64,000 nt of DNA from an uncultured Rikenellaceae bacterium (GCA_964389685.1 CAYMFM010000001.1:143579-207578), one strand, 5' to 3'. Numbered from the stretch's first letter, positions 1 to 9,653 are shown. Notes: generated by a model not told the origin, from the letters alone. Numbers and translations are program-made.

Positions 1-1912
1 GGCTTTCCGTAAGCTGGGGATCAAAATCGCCGGCCCACAGGTTCATCTGGCTGTCTACATGATCCATTACCTCTGAATAATTCAGGTAGGGAACCAACTC
101 GTTATCGGTTTCTTTGACCTGTCTCAAGATATTGCTCAGCCAGGTCTGATAATGGAACAGGGAATCAGCCAGGGTCAGGCTATGTGAATTATAGCCAGGT
201 CCAAGGTTAATGGTTAAACTCCTGGAACAGTCAATGTCCTCACCAATAGCTTCATACTCTTTGAAAAGTGAGACCTTGTAGCTTCCGGGGCTCAATTCTG
301 TTAAAATGGTCTGCCCTTGGTTATTTGTCAATTGCTGACCGGTAACCAGGGTATTATCCTGGTAAAGACCAACCAGTACTTCCCCGAGGGGATCATCATG
401 ATCAATCAGCATATAATCGAAATCAACATACATATCTTTCACCAGGATCTCCAGGGTTGATGATGAACCGGAAGCAACCCCGCTGCCGGTTACAGGGATA
501 TCAATCACCGGACGTTCCGGATCATTGGTGACAAAACGGAGGTTCTCTGTATAAACCTGTTCTTCGACAGGGGAGAACTTCAGGGTGAAGTGGATGGAGT
601 CTCCCGGATTGATATATGCCGGTAACCCTGGGCCCTGCAGTTCAATGATATTTGTATTGCTTAACTCGAATCCCCCGATGACCAGCGGAGCGACGCCGTT
701 ATTTTTGATAGATACCGGCAGCATCCGGTAACTCTCTGTCCAGACTTCACCGAAATCCATCGATTCAGGAAAATAATATATATCGGGTAAACCAGGAACA
801 AGGTTATAGTAAATCACCATTTTCTCCTTCTCAGAAATGATGTCTCCCGGTTTTGCCTGGACAACGATGTGAGGCGCATCATTGCTGTCAAAGAGTATAT
901 CGGCAAAGAGAAAACCTGTACAGTTTGGATCAATGGTTTCATAGGTCATTTCCACACCGTCTTTTCTGAACAACACCAGGTTTTCCTGTTCGTCATGGAT
1001 GGTCAATATGGCCGGATACCCACTCTGGTCGATGGCAATACGGCTAATACGCATTCCGGAGGCAATCGTCTCAGCCTGCCAACTGACCCAGTCAAAATAG
1101 AGGTAAGACAGACTGACGGTTAAATTTTCTACGGTATTGCACACACAATGTAGATGATCATTCTGATCCAGCATGAAATCAAGTTCTGTTTTCCAGAATC
1201 CTGTGGAATAGGGTTGAAAAGGTACAGGGAACTCATTCCAGGCATCCAGGTTTTCATCATAGGTCACAAACATCACCCCTTCGTCGGTGAGAAAGAACAT
1301 GACCGGGGTATCATCTGACATTAATCTCATTTTCACCGCCGGGTTGGTATAGGGTGATTGTTTTTCCTCCCACTCCCCGTTTCTTTTGAAGGAAAGGTAG
1401 TAATAGCCTCGGGCCTGGCTCCAGTAACCAATGACAGGCTGACCGGCTGATGTTAAATCAATACTTGCAAAGCTGTGAAGCAGTGTGGGCACGTAGAACG
1501 CATACTCCTCAATAGTAACCTTGCTCCAATCAGTCTGATCCCTGGTTAAATAATTTACTCCATAATTGAAGGTAGGATCGTAAATCAGGGCTCCCTGTTC
1601 AAAGCAAATATGAGGCACCTGGTTATCATCAAGTTCCAGGTCACAGGAGAAACCGGTATATCCAGTACTATCGATGACCTTAACCGTCCATTCCCCGTCA
1701 ATTCTTTCCAGGTATCTCAAGTCGTAAAAATCCAGATCCATGTGAACAAAAACTGGATTATCAGACTGATCGAGAGCCAGGGAAGAAAAGTACCCAAGGT
1801 CATTGCCGCTGCTGTCAGCCACTTCCCGGTTCCACACTTGTGAGTTGGCAGATCCACACCACATGCTCAGCATGACAATACCCAGGATTACAGATATTTC
1901 TTTCATCGGCAT
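1..1912 (-). CDS. Secreted multidomain protein: N-terminal beta-propeller-like repeats, a choice-of-anchor D/ASH domain, then a probable carboxypeptidase-regulatory-like domain. 3' end lies outside the window.
   Basis: Not in the ORF track (no stop in window). Segments translated by hand from the ATG at 1912 (ATGA overlap with the upstream stop) are all open in one frame: signal peptide MPMKEISVILGIVMLSMWCGSANSQ; repeats DSSGNDLGYFSSLALD and DSTGYTGFSCDLELD; ASH-like PDIYYFPESMDFGEV...SIKNNGVAPLVI; frame still open at base 2. Confidence 0.75.
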   Translation of the reverse strand, partial: MPMKEISVILGIVMLSMWCGSANSQVWNREVADSSGNDLGYFSSLALDQSDNPVFVHMDLDFYDLRYLERIDGEWTVKVIDSTGYTGFSCDLELDDNQVPHICFEQGALIYDPTFNYGVNYLTRDQTDWSKVTIEEYAFYVPTLLHSFASIDLTSAGQPVIGYWSQARGYYYLSFKRNGEWEEKQSPYTNPAVKMRLMSDDTPVMFFLTDEGVMFVTYDENLDAWNEFPVPFQPYSTGFWKTELDFMLDQNDHLHCVCNTVENLTVSLSYLYFDWVSWQAETIASGMRISRIAIDQSGYPAILTIHDEQENLVLFRKDGVEMTYETIDPNCTGFLFADILFDSNDAPHIVVQAKPGDIISEKEKMVIYYNLVPGLPDIYYFPESMDFGEVWTESYRMLPVSIKNNGVAPLVIGGFELSNTNIIELQGPGLPAYINPGDSIHFTLKFSPVEEQVYTENLRFVTNDPERPVIDIPVTGSGVASGSSSTLEILVKDMYVDFDYMLIDHDDPLGEVLVGLYQDNTLVTGQQLTNNQGQTILTELSPGSYKVSLFKEYEAIGEDIDCSRSLTINLGPGYNSHSLTLADSLFHYQTWLSNILRQVKETDNELVPYLNYSEVMDHVDSQMNLWAGDFDPQLTES

Positions 1913-2496
1913 CACATTTTAGGCATGTCCATTACCTGGTAGCCCTCGGGGATTTCAAAACTTTGTGCATTGGGGGTCCATGGCTGGATCTCTTTCAGCT
2001 CCATCACCAGGCCACCTGATCCATCGATGTGGTTGATCATTTTTATAGGGAAATGGTATTTATCAGAGGTCCAGATTGTAAACATCTTCTGGTTTGCCTG
2101 ACCGTATTCATTGCTGTTTTCATTCCATAATTCCGATTTTATGCAATCGATGCCGTTGATCGTCTCCGTTCCTACCTCCTTTAGGGTTCCATTTTTCTTA
2201 AAGTACTCGTAGGAGCCAACGGGATCGTTACCCATACTCATTGGGTTTTCAGAAGAGCCCTTCATGGCCATTTTTTGCTGGGGCATCAGCATAATCACCT
2301 CTGAGGATCCCAATTTAACGATTATTACTCCTTCCTGACCCTCTTCATTAAATTCGTAACGGTAACCAGCATCGGAGGAATACACTGTAAAGACATGTTC
2401 CTTCCCCATACTAGTAAAGAACATTTTTGCACTGAACTGTGCGGACAGAGGCAGGACAAGTATGCTGAGCATCAGCATACAGATAATTTTTTTCAT
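1912..2496 (-). CDS. DUF4412-like secreted protein
   Basis: 194 aa, signal peptide MKKIICMLMLSILVLPLSAQ, GTETINGIDC motif and C-terminal FEIPEGYQ. Confidence 0.6.
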   Translation of the reverse strand: MKKIICMLMLSILVLPLSAQFSAKMFFTSMGKEHVFTVYSSDAGYRYEFNEEGQEGVIIVKLGSSEVIMLMPQQKMAMKGSSENPMSMGNDPVGSYEYFKKNGTLKEVGTETINGIDCIKSELWNENSNEYGQANQKMFTIWTSDKYHFPIKMINHIDGSGGLVMELKEIQPWTPNAQSFEIPEGYQVMDMPKM

Positions 2497-2514
2497 TATT
2501 GTATAATTTGAGGT

Positions 2515-3777
2515 TTATAATTTTACAAACTCAACCCTGCGGTTACTGGCTTTCCCTTCGGGTGTATCGTTGGATGTTACGGGTTTGTTTTCGCCAAATC
2601 CTTTGGATGATAACCTGTCTGCTGAGATTCCCATTGACACAAGTTGTTTCAAAACGGTCCCTGCCCTGTCCTCAGATAATTTTTGGTTAAGATTGTTGTC
2701 ACCGTCACTGTCGGTATGTCCCTCAATACTTACTGCCACTTCAGGATGCTCATTCAGCATTTTGTAAATCTCATTGAGAACACCCATTGACTCGGGACGC
2801 AGTGTTGCTTTGCCCACGTCAAAGCGGATACCGTTGGAAACGATCTTTCCATCCTGCAGGAAACGGTCATAATACTTGACTCCTCCCTCAGCCAGCCTGA
2901 AATTTTTGATAAAAAACTGGTTATGATCCGATGCATGATACGCATGCAAGGACACCCCCATCGGGTCAAATGCAAGATGAGGAATATTAATAAGTCGGGT
3001 TTCATTAATATAGGCTTTCATCTTTCCGTTTGTACAAGCAATGGCTATATGGGCCCACTGGTTTTCTATTGAACCATTATTCGGAAGAGTACTGCTTGCG
3101 GGGCTAAGATTCATTCCCTTGTAGTATATTCCAAGGTTTGCATATTCCGAAGAAACCCGCTGGTTTTTCCTGTCATAAAAGAAAACATGGAATGTGTTAT
3201 GGTTATTCATATACAGGTCAAACTCGATCGTAAAGACCTCTGGCAGATAATCGATTTCCGGGTTTTTCAGGTAGGGAATAATTGTGGGTGAGCCTCCCCT
3301 GAACATAACGATGTTATCGCCCCCGAACTGCGCATTTTCAACAGTCCCCTGTACCAGGTCCCACCTGGATGGGAACTCACCATTCTCTTCTCCGGTAAGG
3401 TTATCCTCAAAAATGATCTTATCGCCGGGAACAAAATCGTAACGGCTCCAGGCGAGTGTTAGTGCATCTTTGGTATCAGTGGGCCCGGTTGCATTTTCGG
3501 CATTTCCAGTGCCCGCAATCTGTTCGGTTGCTGCACCGGGCTCCTCGACCTGCTCTTTTTCAACTGCCACACTATCCTCTTCGGTGAGAACTCCTTCAAT
3601 TCCTTTCTCGAGCCCATCAAAGCCCTTATTTACTGTTTCGTCTGCCTTCTTGTTGGCACGCTTGTTTGCCTCCTTGCTTATTTTCTTCTTCAGGTTCAGT
3701 TTAACCTGGCAGGATGCATCAAATGGCGTGATAAGAAGAACTGCAACAAGAAGTGTGAAAATTGTTCTGGTTTTCAT
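2515..3777 (-). CDS. OmpA/MotB-family peptidoglycan-binding protein with an N-terminal beta-sandwich region
   Basis: C-terminal IRFDVGKATL...IEGHTDSDG...NQKLSEDRA...GFGENKP...NRRVEF; N-terminal signal peptide. Confidence 0.9.
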   Translation of the reverse strand: MKTRTIFTLLVAVLLITPFDASCQVKLNLKKKISKEANKRANKKADETVNKGFDGLEKGIEGVLTEEDSVAVEKEQVEEPGAATEQIAGTGNAENATGPTDTKDALTLAWSRYDFVPGDKIIFEDNLTGEENGEFPSRWDLVQGTVENAQFGGDNIVMFRGGSPTIIPYLKNPEIDYLPEVFTIEFDLYMNNHNTFHVFFYDRKNQRVSSEYANLGIYYKGMNLSPASSTLPNNGSIENQWAHIAIACTNGKMKAYINETRLINIPHLAFDPMGVSLHAYHASDHNQFFIKNFRLAEGGVKYYDRFLQDGKIVSNGIRFDVGKATLRPESMGVLNEIYKMLNEHPEVAVSIEGHTDSDGDNNLNQKLSEDRAGTVLKQLVSMGISADRLSSKGFGENKPVTSNDTPEGKASNRRVEFVKL

Positions 3778-3833
3778 AATGCTAATCTTTTTTATTTAAA
3801 ATTACGACTTCCGAAGAAGATTTAAAAGCAAAG

Positions 3834-3884
3834 ATTAGTATCTGCCAGAATTGAATTAGTATCGGGGTATGAATTATTAGTATT
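3834..3884 (-). promoter_or_regulatory. Three direct repeats at 21-bp spacing; predicted LytTR-regulator binding array for the ompA operon
   Basis: ATTAGTATC at 3834 and 3855 and ATTAGTATT at 3876, between the LytTR stop (3890) and the ompA start (3777). Confidence 0.7.
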
Positions 3885-3889
3885 GATCA

Positions 3890-4648
3890 TTAATCCAGGT
3901 AAAGCGAATCATTGATTGCCTGTATAACCTGTTTTTTGAGGTTTTGTGATACTGGAATTTTGGATTTATCCTTCAGTAGAAGGTATCCCCCGTCACGTTT
4001 AACAAACCGGTCGACCCAGACAATATTTACCAGGTGTGACTGGTGAACACGTATCATTCCCGATCCTGTAAGGAGTGTATCAAATTCTTTAATGGTACGT
4101 GAAACCATGATCCTGCTTCCATCTGATAATATAAAGCGGGTGTAGTTACTGTCAGCCTCAGCCCTGATAATATCTGGTATTGCCACAAGATGAAGGTTCT
4201 CGGATGTATGTAACACGATCCTTTTCAGAACTCTCCTGTTTTCCAGATTTTCCTTAAGAGCCTGCAGTTTAACCTGCTCCTCTTCATTATTAATCAGCCT
4301 GTTTGCCTTATCCACAGCTTTGCAAAGATCATCCGTGTCGAATGGTTTTAAGACAAAATCAAGTGCACTTAACTTGATGGCGTCCAGTGCATACTCCTGG
4401 TGTGCGGTAATAAAAATTACCTTGAAATCAATGGATGGCAATTTATTAAGAAGATCGAACCCGGTCCCATCCGGCAGTTCAACATCGAGAAACAGCAGGT
4501 CAGGGTGATGCTCAAGGATCGATACATAACCCTCCTGCACGGAGCCAACACTGGACACAATATCAATACCTGGATAGTTATCCTTAAGTATAGCCGAGAT
4601 AGAATTTCTAACTGCAGCCTCATCATCCACGATAATAATCTTCATCAC
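3890..4648 (-). CDS. LytR/AlgR-family response regulator (REC + LytTR)
   Basis: IVDDE, LLFLDVELPDGTGFD, IFITAH, DFVLKP; LytTR part AEADSNYTRF...RVHQSHLVN. Confidence 0.95.
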   Translation of the reverse strand: MMKIIIVDDEAAVRNSISAILKDNYPGIDIVSSVGSVQEGYVSILEHHPDLLFLDVELPDGTGFDLLNKLPSIDFKVIFITAHQEYALDAIKLSALDFVLKPFDTDDLCKAVDKANRLINNEEEQVKLQALKENLENRRVLKRIVLHTSENLHLVAIPDIIRAEADSNYTRFILSDGSRIMVSRTIKEFDTLLTGSGMIRVHQSHLVNIVWVDRFVKRDGGYLLLKDKSKIPVSQNLKKQVIQAINDSLYLD

Positions 4649-4661
4649 GTTAAAATATTAA

Positions 4662-6812
4662 TCAGGCAAATACCTTCCTGACCGGCATCAATATAATAAC
4701 TTTTGTGCCGGATGGCTGTGATTCTTCATACAGGTCTTTTATCTCGTAGGAGATATTTTTGCTTTTCGTTGTTTTCCTGAAATAATCAAGTCTGTTCTTG
4801 ATTAAATCTGTGGAGATTGACTTTTTCTTTATGCTTTTTTCCTGGTTTTCAACTGCCTGTTTCCTTCCCACTCCATTATCTGTCACTTCCAGCTTCATCA
4901 GTTCCTCCTCCAGCGTATATGATATTTCCAGTTTTCCACCATCCTTTTTATTCATCAGGCCATGCTCAACAGAGTTCTCAAGGCATGGCTGGGCAAGCAT
5001 AGGGGGGACAGAAATATTTTCTGTATCGATCGGACTATCAATATTGAATTTATATTCAAATTCTGTTTCAAATCTGAGTTGCTGTACATCAAGGTATAGC
5101 TTCAGGGTCTCAATTTCTTTATCAAGGGGTATGAATTCTTCCCGGGAATTCTCAAGAATATTACGCATCAGGCTGGCGATCTTAACCAGGAAAGTATTTG
5201 CCTTTTCGGGCTGACCTGCAAGAATAAGGTCCTGTACAGCACAGAGGGAGTTAAATATAAAATGCGGGTTCATCTGTGCCCTGAGCAGCCTTTGTTCCAG
5301 GTCTATCCTGGCATACCGTGCCCTCAACCGGGTATTATGGATATAGAATATTGAAATAATAATTAGCAATAGTACCAGTATGATCAATCCCTTTACATAG
5401 AGATTTTGTTGTTTGATTTTGTTTTCACTAATCAACAGCTCCTGCCTGTGTTCAAGTTCAACCGCCTCCTGTTTCCTGTCATACTCGTTCTGAATTTCCA
5501 GCCGTGTTATCTTCTTCAGGAATTCGTTGTTGTTTATACTGTCAATAATTGTATGGTACTCCTTCAGGTAGTCAAAAGCAAGGTCTTTCCTTCCTGTTTC
5601 ACTGAAAATATCACTGAGAAGGATGGCAGCAGAAGATACTTTAATTGGTTCATTTTGTTTCACTGCCATCCGATAAGCCTTTTTAGCATTATCCAGGGCT
5701 TCATCATAATTATTCCTTCTTCTCTGAACACGCGCCAGGGTAAGAAGGTAAGATGCAAGCTCAGGATCATTTGATCTTTCTGCAAGGCTTATTGATCTTG
5801 AGATATAATAATATGCCGAATCCAGTTCACCTTTAAGTAAAAAGGTTGCGGCTATATTATGGCATGCACCTGCAACTCCGAATGAAAGGTTCATCTTCTC
5901 GTTAAGATGCAGACACTTTCTTAGAAAATAGAGCGAGCTATCATGCTGGTCCTGTGCAGCATATATCTGGGATATATTGTTCAGGGTTTTACTCAGCTCC
6001 CAGAGGTCACCGGTTCGTTCAGATATTGGTGCTTTCTTAAAATTAAACTCCAGCGCTTTATTATACTCTTTCTGGTAGAAGTACATTAAAGCGATCGAGC
6101 CATAGGCAATGGCCAGTCCGCTTGAATCATTTTTTAATTCCCAGAGCCTGAGGGCTTCAAAATATGAATCGATTGCCTCATTGAACAACAACATATCCTT
6201 ATATATGTTACCCAGTGTATTCAGTGCGTCTGCAAGAGGAACGGTATCGTTGATTGACCGGGCTGTTTCAATGGCCCTGTTTGTCATTTCAAGTGCACCA
6301 TCAAAATCACTTTTTTGCCTTGCCAGGTAGGTAAGGGCACTGAGGGCATTTACCATGCCCCGTTTATCGCCTGCTTTTTCAAAATTCTCCAGGCTTAGCC
6401 TGCTATACTTTTCCGATTCGTCAAGATTGCCTTTAAAGCTGTATACATATGCCAGTCCGTAGCAGGCTCGTGCCACGCCGGTGATATCTTCAATTTCCCT
6501 GTAGAGCCTGAGAGCCTGGTGATTGTAATAACCGGCACTATCACCGAGGTTATACCTGGCAAGATAAGCCATCCCGAGGGCCAGGCTGGCATCGGCCATC
6601 CCTTTTTTGTACATGATCTCTCGGGAGGCCGATAATGCCCTGTGAGCGTCTCTTATTGCAAGATCGGGATTCCTCCTGGCAACAATATATGCCTGTCGTG
6701 TCTGGCTGTTTATTGACGCAGTATCGACCGTTACATCCTGGGTAGTCCCCAAAGCCATGGTCTGGTAAGACATGGTAAGTAGTAGTATTACAATAATTGA
6801 CAGAAACCCCAT
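4662..6812 (-). CDS. TPR-repeat sensor histidine kinase, LytS-type
   Basis: Signal peptide, TPR-like helices, one TM segment, LRAQMNPHFIFNSL H-box, LENSVEHG N-box, DNGVG G-box. Confidence 0.92.
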   Translation of the reverse strand: MGFLSIIVILLLTMSYQTMALGTTQDVTVDTASINSQTRQAYIVARRNPDLAIRDAHRALSASREIMYKKGMADASLALGMAYLARYNLGDSAGYYNHQALRLYREIEDITGVARACYGLAYVYSFKGNLDESEKYSRLSLENFEKAGDKRGMVNALSALTYLARQKSDFDGALEMTNRAIETARSINDTVPLADALNTLGNIYKDMLLFNEAIDSYFEALRLWELKNDSSGLAIAYGSIALMYFYQKEYNKALEFNFKKAPISERTGDLWELSKTLNNISQIYAAQDQHDSSLYFLRKCLHLNEKMNLSFGVAGACHNIAATFLLKGELDSAYYYISRSISLAERSNDPELASYLLTLARVQRRRNNYDEALDNAKKAYRMAVKQNEPIKVSSAAILLSDIFSETGRKDLAFDYLKEYHTIIDSINNNEFLKKITRLEIQNEYDRKQEAVELEHRQELLISENKIKQQNLYVKGLIILVLLLIIISIFYIHNTRLRARYARIDLEQRLLRAQMNPHFIFNSLCAVQDLILAGQPEKANTFLVKIASLMRNILENSREEFIPLDKEIETLKLYLDVQQLRFETEFEYKFNIDSPIDTENISVPPMLAQPCLENSVEHGLMNKKDGGKLEISYTLEEELMKLEVTDNGVGRKQAVENQEKSIKKKSISTDLIKNRLDYFRKTTKSKNISYEIKDLYEESQPSGTKVIILMPVRKVFA

Positions 6813-6940
6813 ATGACAAGTCCATTCAATAAATCTGACTTATTAAAATTATAAATTTTAATAATAAATCACCAATGAGTTTAATAAAAACTGGTAGCTG
6901 GTTGTCCCCCTGGCCATAATTTTATCCTGGCTCTACGATC

Positions 6941-7688
6941 TTACATCGGGAGTGGCTAAATAAGGAGGATATGGAAAAAGCCATGGAATATTTTGAAAAA
7001 GCCATCGAAATAGATCCCGAATGGACTGCTCCCTATACAGGTTTGGCAGAGGCATGGGCCGGGCTCGGATATTTTGGGTTTATCCCGGAAAATATTGGCT
7101 ATCAAAATAGTTATAAATACCTCAACAAAGCACTGGAATTGGACCCCAATTCTGCCAATTCACATTATGTAAAAGCGTTAACAGCAGTTTGGACTGAATG
7201 GGATTGGGAGAAAGGTGAAAAGGAATTTTTAAAAACCCTTGAGTTGAATCCTAATGACGCATTATGTCGGATGTACTATGCCCATTTACTGATGATCCTT
7301 CGCAGGTCTGATGAAGCCGTATACCATGCTAAACTGGGCCTGGAACTGGATCCGATGAAGCCTCTGGTACTGGGATGATGAGGTAAAAACACAGGTTGAA
7401 AAAGTCCTTTATGAACATGGCTTTGTCGCTGCTATAGAGGAACTGTTTGAGCTTAATGAGAAGTTTGGGAAAGCGGGTTGCCGGATAAGAGACGTTAACA
7501 AGATGTTTTGGTATTTACAACTGAATGATTTTGATAAAGCATTGGATTATCTTGAAAAATTGTATGAGACCTCTTTCACGGAAATGCCTTACTTTGCGAC
7601 CAATCTTTACAAATATGAACAATTGAAATCCTACCCCAGGTATGTTGAGATCCTTAAAAAAATGAACCTGCCTTTGCCAGAAGATTGA
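6941..7688 (+). pseudogene. Remnant of a TPR-containing protein, 5'-truncated and frameshifted or internally deleted
   Basis: Frame 1 (LHREWLNKEDMEKAMEYFEKAIEIDP...LELDPMKPLVLG) stops at 7378. A second frame is open from 7359 (WYWDDEVKTQVEK...FDKALDYLEK...LKKMNLPLPED) to 7688. An upstream in-frame stop lies at 6917. Confidence 0.7.
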
Positions 7689-8171
7689 TGGAAACATTAA
7701 TTGGGAATAGTGAAGAAATCTGATAAATAATTAATCCTTCCCAGGATGATCGGCACCCGGAGTAAGTCATACGATGACTTGCCCTGGAGGTTAAACACAT
7801 CCTCAAATTCAGACGTGCGATGATCATTGGATGAACTTCCTGCTGAATGCCTGTTGAGTCATCGTATGACTCTATTCATTCCTCTTTGAGATTTGGTATT
7901 TTGTAATTGAAAAGCATTTGTTGTTTGATTTTTGGGATTTGTTGTTTTAGCGGCGGAGTGGGACTTTTGGACTGCGTACTTTATTTGTAGCGGAGTAGCT
8001 GTGCTGATCCGGTATAGGTGGTCCATCACTGAAAACCTTAACCTGCGAATGAATTCAGTAGCGGGGTATGGTCCATGCCTTTGGCATAAACCATGATCCG
8101 GTATTGGGGAGTTCTTCAACAAATTGCACCCTGCTTCGCAGGGCATTTCATTTGCCTCGCAGCCCTTGCAA

Positions 8172-8194
8172 TTTGTTGAGGTCGGTAGCGGATT
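8172..8194 (-). repeat. 23-bp direct repeat of the tRNA-Cys 3' end (att-like copy)
   Basis: TTTGTTGAGGTCGGTAGCGGATT is identical at 8172-8194 and 8339-8361. Confidence 0.9.
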
Positions 8195-8307
8195 AATTTC
8201 ATTGATCCGGGGTTGGTTGTCCCAGCCCCAAAATCCCCTGGGCCTTTGGCCCATGTGTCTTTTTCATATATACCCTTATGAAAGCTTGCTTTCAACGGCT
8301 CTATATG

Positions 8308-8341
8308 AAAAATCCCCAGTCGCTTCGCGGCAGGGGATTTT
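8308..8341 (-). terminator. Intrinsic terminator downstream of tRNA-Cys
   Basis: Stem AAAATCCCC (8309-8317)/GGGGATTTT (8333-8341); its distal arm ends in a T5 run on the minus strand. Confidence 0.7.
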
Positions 8342-8345
8342 GTTG

Positions 8346-8416
8346 AGGTCGGTAGCGGATTCGAACCGCTGTCCCCGGTTTTGCAGACCGGTGCCTAACC
8401 ACTCGGCCAACCGACC
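8346..8416 (-). tRNA. trnC: tRNA-Cys (GCA)
   Basis: Reverse complement GGTCGGT TGGCCGAGTGGTTAGGC ACCGG TCTGCAAA ACCGG GGAC AGCGG TTCGAAT CCGCT ACCGACC T: cloverleaf, GCA anticodon, U discriminator, CCA not encoded. Confidence 0.97.
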
Positions 8417-8436
8417 GTTATTTTCAATCAGAAATG

Positions 8437-8444
8437 CAAAGTTA
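8437..8444 (-). promoter_or_regulatory. Bacteroidota -7 promoter element for tRNA-Cys
   Basis: TAACTTTG on the minus strand matches TAnnTTTG, 20 nt upstream of the tRNA. Confidence 0.6.
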
Positions 8445-8537
8445 ATCAAAAATTACATTAGACCAGCCGATTTCCGATCCCTAAATATTCCGGTTTTCTT
8501 ATGAGATCATGGGAAAAATGGTAATTTTAATCGCACC

Positions 8538-9638
8538 ATGTCTGCAAAATCCATGCATTACATAAAAACTGCTGTCACGGGAATGGTCCTGGTTCTGTTG
8601 GTGTCCTGCTCCGATGCTGATTATCAGGAAAAATACGGGAAGTACCTGCTCACGGCAGAGGAGATTGAGACCATACAGCGGCACGAACTGGGAAAAGCCA
8701 TCTACTCCACTTCTGTGGCAACCCGGGAGGGAAACGTGGTTGTGGGTTCACACGATAAATGCGTCTATTTTTTTTCAAACCAGGGTGAAATCATTTCAAG
8801 ATATAAGACAGACGGATGGGTGCATGCATCACCCTGCCTGCTTTCGAATGGCACTATAGCTATCGGATCCTATGACAACCACATCTACTTTTTTTCAGGA
8901 AATGGTAAACCCTTACATGGGATAAAACCAGGGGGTAAAATTTTTACCAGTATCGCTGAAATGCCGGACAACAGGATCGTTTTTGGCTCAAACAAACGGG
9001 GCATTGTTTTTTACGACGCGGCGGACAGTTCCTATTCATGTATCCCCACAAAGCGATTAACTCACGGAAGCCCTGCCATCCTTTCCGGTAAGTGTGTGGC
9101 GATCGGATCAAATGACAGGCAACTGTACCTGTTAAATCAAACAGGCGAAGTACTGGCAACGGTGAAAACCGGCGGCTGGATTGTTCACTCCGCCCCTCTG
9201 GAATTGAACGATTCCAGCATTGCTGTTGGCTGCTATGATCATCACCTCTATATCATGAATAGGAAGGGAGAAACCATCCAACGGTTTGAAACAGGGGGGA
9301 AGATCCATTCATCACCCATTCAGCTTTCCAATGGCAACATTGTATTCGGATCGTTTGACGGATGTGTGTACTTTCTGAACCATGAGGGAAGGCTGCTGAA
9401 TCGGTTTGAAACAGGAGGGAAAGTGGTCTCTTCTCCTGCCCGCCTTTCCGATGAAACGGTGATCATCGGTTCGTTTGACAAATGTCTTTATTTTTTTAGT
9501 CCGGAAGGAGTGATAAAGGGTATTTACTCTGCAAGGGGCAAGATCTTTTCCTCGCCACTGGTTCTGCAGGACAATACAATAGTCCTTTGTACAACAAACG
9601 GGATCATTGAATTCATCCGATTAAAAAACCCGGACTGA
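8538..9638 (+). CDS. PQQ-like/BamB-like 8-bladed beta-propeller lipoprotein
   Basis: Lipobox LVSC; eight ~40-aa repeats F.TGG.I.SSP..L....V.GS.D..LYF. Confidence 0.8.
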   Translation: MSAKSMHYIKTAVTGMVLVLLVSCSDADYQEKYGKYLLTAEEIETIQRHELGKAIYSTSVATREGNVVVGSHDKCVYFFSNQGEIISRYKTDGWVHASPCLLSNGTIAIGSYDNHIYFFSGNGKPLHGIKPGGKIFTSIAEMPDNRIVFGSNKRGIVFYDAADSSYSCIPTKRLTHGSPAILSGKCVAIGSNDRQLYLLNQTGEVLATVKTGGWIVHSAPLELNDSSIAVGCYDHHLYIMNRKGETIQRFETGGKIHSSPIQLSNGNIVFGSFDGCVYFLNHEGRLLNRFETGGKVVSSPARLSDETVIIGSFDKCLYFFSPEGVIKGIYSARGKIFSSPLVLQDNTIVLCTTNGIIEFIRLKNPD

Positions 9639-9653
9639 ACATCAAATCCGGGT
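9623..9653 (-). terminator. Probable terminator between convergent genes
   Basis: ACCCGGA/TCCGGGT stem with a 12-nt loop, preceded by an A run (U tract on the minus strand). Confidence 0.45.

Noticed and set aside
7376-7381. Selenocysteine or TGA readthrough in the TPR gene
   Set aside because: The coding sequence continues in a different frame, so readthrough would not restore the protein.
7859-8254. 131-aa ORF downstream of the tRNA
   Set aside because: It runs through the att copy, a hairpin and a low-complexity array, and has no protein-like features.
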